This document shows, one piece after another, positions 1-566 of a stretch of DNA of 566 nucleotides. Position 1 is the stretch's first letter. Every line of letters begins with the position of its first letter. This DNA is from a phage, in the sequence record EF517028.1; one strand, written 5' to 3'. The notes under the pieces are model-generated. The model did no database searches. It saw only the letters and a list, made by a program, of their open reading frames with translations, and was not told the DNA's origin. A program made the translations under genes and the position numbers.

Positions 1-1
1 C

Positions 2-106
2 TGGGAAAAAGAAAACCCGCCAGTACAAGCAACTGGGTGTATAGCTTGCTTAGAGAAAGATGACCGTTATCCACACACACCTGTAACAAAGAAGCTAACG
101 ATATGA
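2..106 (+). CDS. 5'-partial ORF in frame +2 ending at TGA 104-106. Probably the N-terminal extension of the gene 1.7 long form displaced into another frame, or else a separate small upstream gene translationally coupled through ATGA.
   Basis: Frame +2 is open from the left edge for 34 codons: WEKENPPVQATGCIACLEKDDRYPHTPVTKKLTI*. Its stop overlaps ATG 103 (ATGA at 103-106). It contains a CxxC pair and an in-phase copy of the 12-nt repeat encoding LEKD, which is also present in the kinase body. An open frame of this length is only weakly significant on its own. Confidence 0.4.
   Translation, partial: WEKENPPVQATGCIACLEKDDRYPHTPVTKKLTI
49..60 (+). repeat. Copy 1 of a 12-nt exact direct repeat, CTTAGAGAAAGA
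   Basis: Identical 12-mer at 49-60 and 495-506. Copy 1 is read in frame +2 as (L)EKD within ACLEKDD. Confidence 0.8.
72..80 (+). repeat. Short dinucleotide tract, (CA)4 plus C
   Basis: CACACACAC at 72-80 read directly. It lies between the frame +1 stop (61-63) and ATG 103, which is the interval where the frame break must occur. Confidence 0.8.
89..94 (+). promoter_or_regulatory. Weak Shine-Dalgarno-like element (AAGAAG) for initiation at ATG 103
   Basis: AAGAAG matches AAGGAG at 5 of 6 positions and sits 8 nt upstream of ATG 103. Confidence 0.35.
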
Positions 107-566
107 CCGAACGTGAACAAGAGATGATTATTAAGTTGATAGACAATAATGAAGGTCGCCCAGATGATTTGAATGGCTGCGGAATTCTCTGCTCCAATGT
201 TCCTTGCCACCTCTGCCTCGCAAATAACGATCAAAAGATAACCTTAGGTGAAATCCGAGCGATGGACCCACGTAAATCACATCTGAATAAACCTGAGGTA
301 ACTCCTACAAATGATCAACCTTCCACTGAGACAATCGAAGGTGTCACTAAGTCTTCCCACTATATGCTGTTTGACGACATTGAGGCTATCGAAGTGATTG
401 CTCGTTCAATGACCGTTGAGCAGTTCAAGGGATACTGCTTCGGTAACATCTTAAAGTACAGACTACGTGCTGGTAAGAAGTCAGAGTTAGCGTACTTAGA
501 GAAAGACCTAGCGAAAGCAGACTTCTATAAAGAATTCTTTGAGAAACATAAGGATAAATGTTATGC
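103..566 (+). CDS. 1.7: Nucleotide (dGMP/dTMP) kinase, T7 gp1.7-like, 3'-partial. Starts at ATG 103 (equivalent to the internal start giving the short form in T7); predicted stop just beyond the window, about 568-570.
   Basis: Frame +1 is open from ATG 103 to the window end (154 complete codons) with no stop. Translation: MTEREQEMIIKLIDNNEGRPDDLNGCGILCSNVPCHLCLANNDQKITLGEIRAMDPRKSHLNKPEVTPTNDQPSTETIEGVTKSSHYMLFDDIEAIEVIARSMTVEQFKGYCFGNILKYRLRAGKKSELAYLEKDLAKADFYKEFFEKHKDKCY. The C-terminal part carries what I recall as the DUF3310 / T7 gp1.7 pattern (HY..IE.I..., G.CFGN..KY.LR.G.K, DL.KA..Y). In-frame TGA at 61-63 sets the upstream limit, and a weak SD-like AAGAAG lies at 89-94. The family assignment is from memory, not a search. 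Confidence 0.85.
   Translation, partial: MTEREQEMIIKLIDNNEGRPDDLNGCGILCSNVPCHLCLANNDQKITLGEIRAMDPRKSHLNKPEVTPTNDQPSTETIEGVTKSSHYMLFDDIEAIEVIARSMTVEQFKGYCFGNILKYRLRAGKKSELAYLEKDLAKADFYKEFFEKHKDKCY
495..506 (+). repeat. Copy 2 of a 12-nt exact direct repeat, CTTAGAGAAAGA
   Basis: Identical 12-mer at 49-60 and 495-506. Copy 2 is read in frame +1 as (L)EKD within AYLEKDL. Confidence 0.8.
549..553 (+). promoter_or_regulatory. Shine-Dalgarno (AAGGA) for a downstream gene starting at ATG 563
   Basis: AAGGA at 549-553 lies 9 nt upstream of ATG 563-565 (frame +2), inside the 3' end of the kinase ORF. This is the overlapping-gene arrangement typical of T7-like early regions. Confidence 0.45.
563..566 (+). 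CDS. Probable start of a small downstream gene overlapping the 3' end of gene 1.7 (position analogous to T7 gene 1.8); only 4 nt are in the window.
   Basis: ATG at 563-565 is preceded by a well-spaced AAGGA. The frame (+2) differs from the kinase frame, so the two genes would overlap by a few nt. It cannot be assessed further from 4 nt. Confidence 0.3.

Noticed and set aside
60-86. Mini-ORF ATG ACC GTT ATC CAC ACA CAC CTG TAA (MTVIHTHL*) in frame +3
   Set aside because: It is only 8 codons with no SD, and it lies inside the region better explained by the frame +2 ORF and the frame break. Probably not a gene.
64-106. Programmed ribosomal frameshift joining frame +2 to frame +1
   Set aside because: There is no slippery heptamer of the X XXY YYZ type and no obvious downstream stimulatory structure. 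The required shift direction and the presence of a dinucleotide tract fit a mutational or sequencing indel better.
1-234. Minus-strand open frame of about 77 codons running off the left edge, the longest stop-free stretch on the reverse strand
   Set aside because: The other two minus frames are densely interrupted by stops. The region is fully accounted for by plus-strand coding with a recognisable protein signature, and there is no start/RBS context. It is most likely a non-coding antisense frame.
358-364. CACTATA, a partial match to the core of the T7 RNA polymerase promoter
   Set aside because: Only 7 nt match. The flanks (TCTTCC upstream, TGCTG downstream) do not match the 23-bp consensus TAATACGACTCACTATAGGGAGA, and the site is inside the coding region (codons S-H-Y-M).
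60-417. Repeated 9-mer ATGACCGTT at 60-68 and 409-417, with the related ATGACCG at 103-109
   Set aside because: A 9-nt match is expected by chance at about this frequency in a 566-bp window. The copies are in different codon phases with no shared peptide, unlike the 12-nt LEKD repeat.
182-537. Two GAATTC (EcoRI) hexamers at 182-187 and 532-537
   Set aside because: These are restriction-site palindromes only. I cannot reliably recall whether the T7 reference has EcoRI sites here, so no biological inference is drawn.
1-566. Search for intrinsic terminators, RNase III-type stem-loops, tRNA-like structures or CRISPR-type repeats
   Set aside because: I found no GC-rich hairpin followed by a T-run, no long inverted repeat and no periodic repeat array. 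The window is essentially continuous coding sequence.

Overview
This 566-bp window (about 42% GC by my count) is dominated by one plus-strand coding region that I recognise as a T7-group gene 1.7-type nucleotide kinase (DUF3310-like C-terminal signature). It starts at ATG 103 and runs off the right edge. Upstream, a second plus-strand frame (+2) is open from the left edge and stops at TGA 104-106, overlapping ATG 103 as ATGA. The last few bases carry a Shine-Dalgarno and ATG (563) that probably begin a small overlapping downstream gene. I see no rRNA, tRNA, CRISPR, mobile element, phage or sigma70 promoter, or intrinsic terminator, and no convincing minus-strand gene. I do not see a novel defence-type system here; this looks like ordinary early/class II sequence from a T7-like phage. 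The main point worth a second look is that the N-terminal extension of gene 1.7 appears to sit in a different frame from the kinase body, with a (CA)4 tract at the likely frame break. A 12-nt exact direct repeat encodes LEKD in both frames, and the kinase carries a four-Cys cluster. All calls are from manual translation; no database search was possible.
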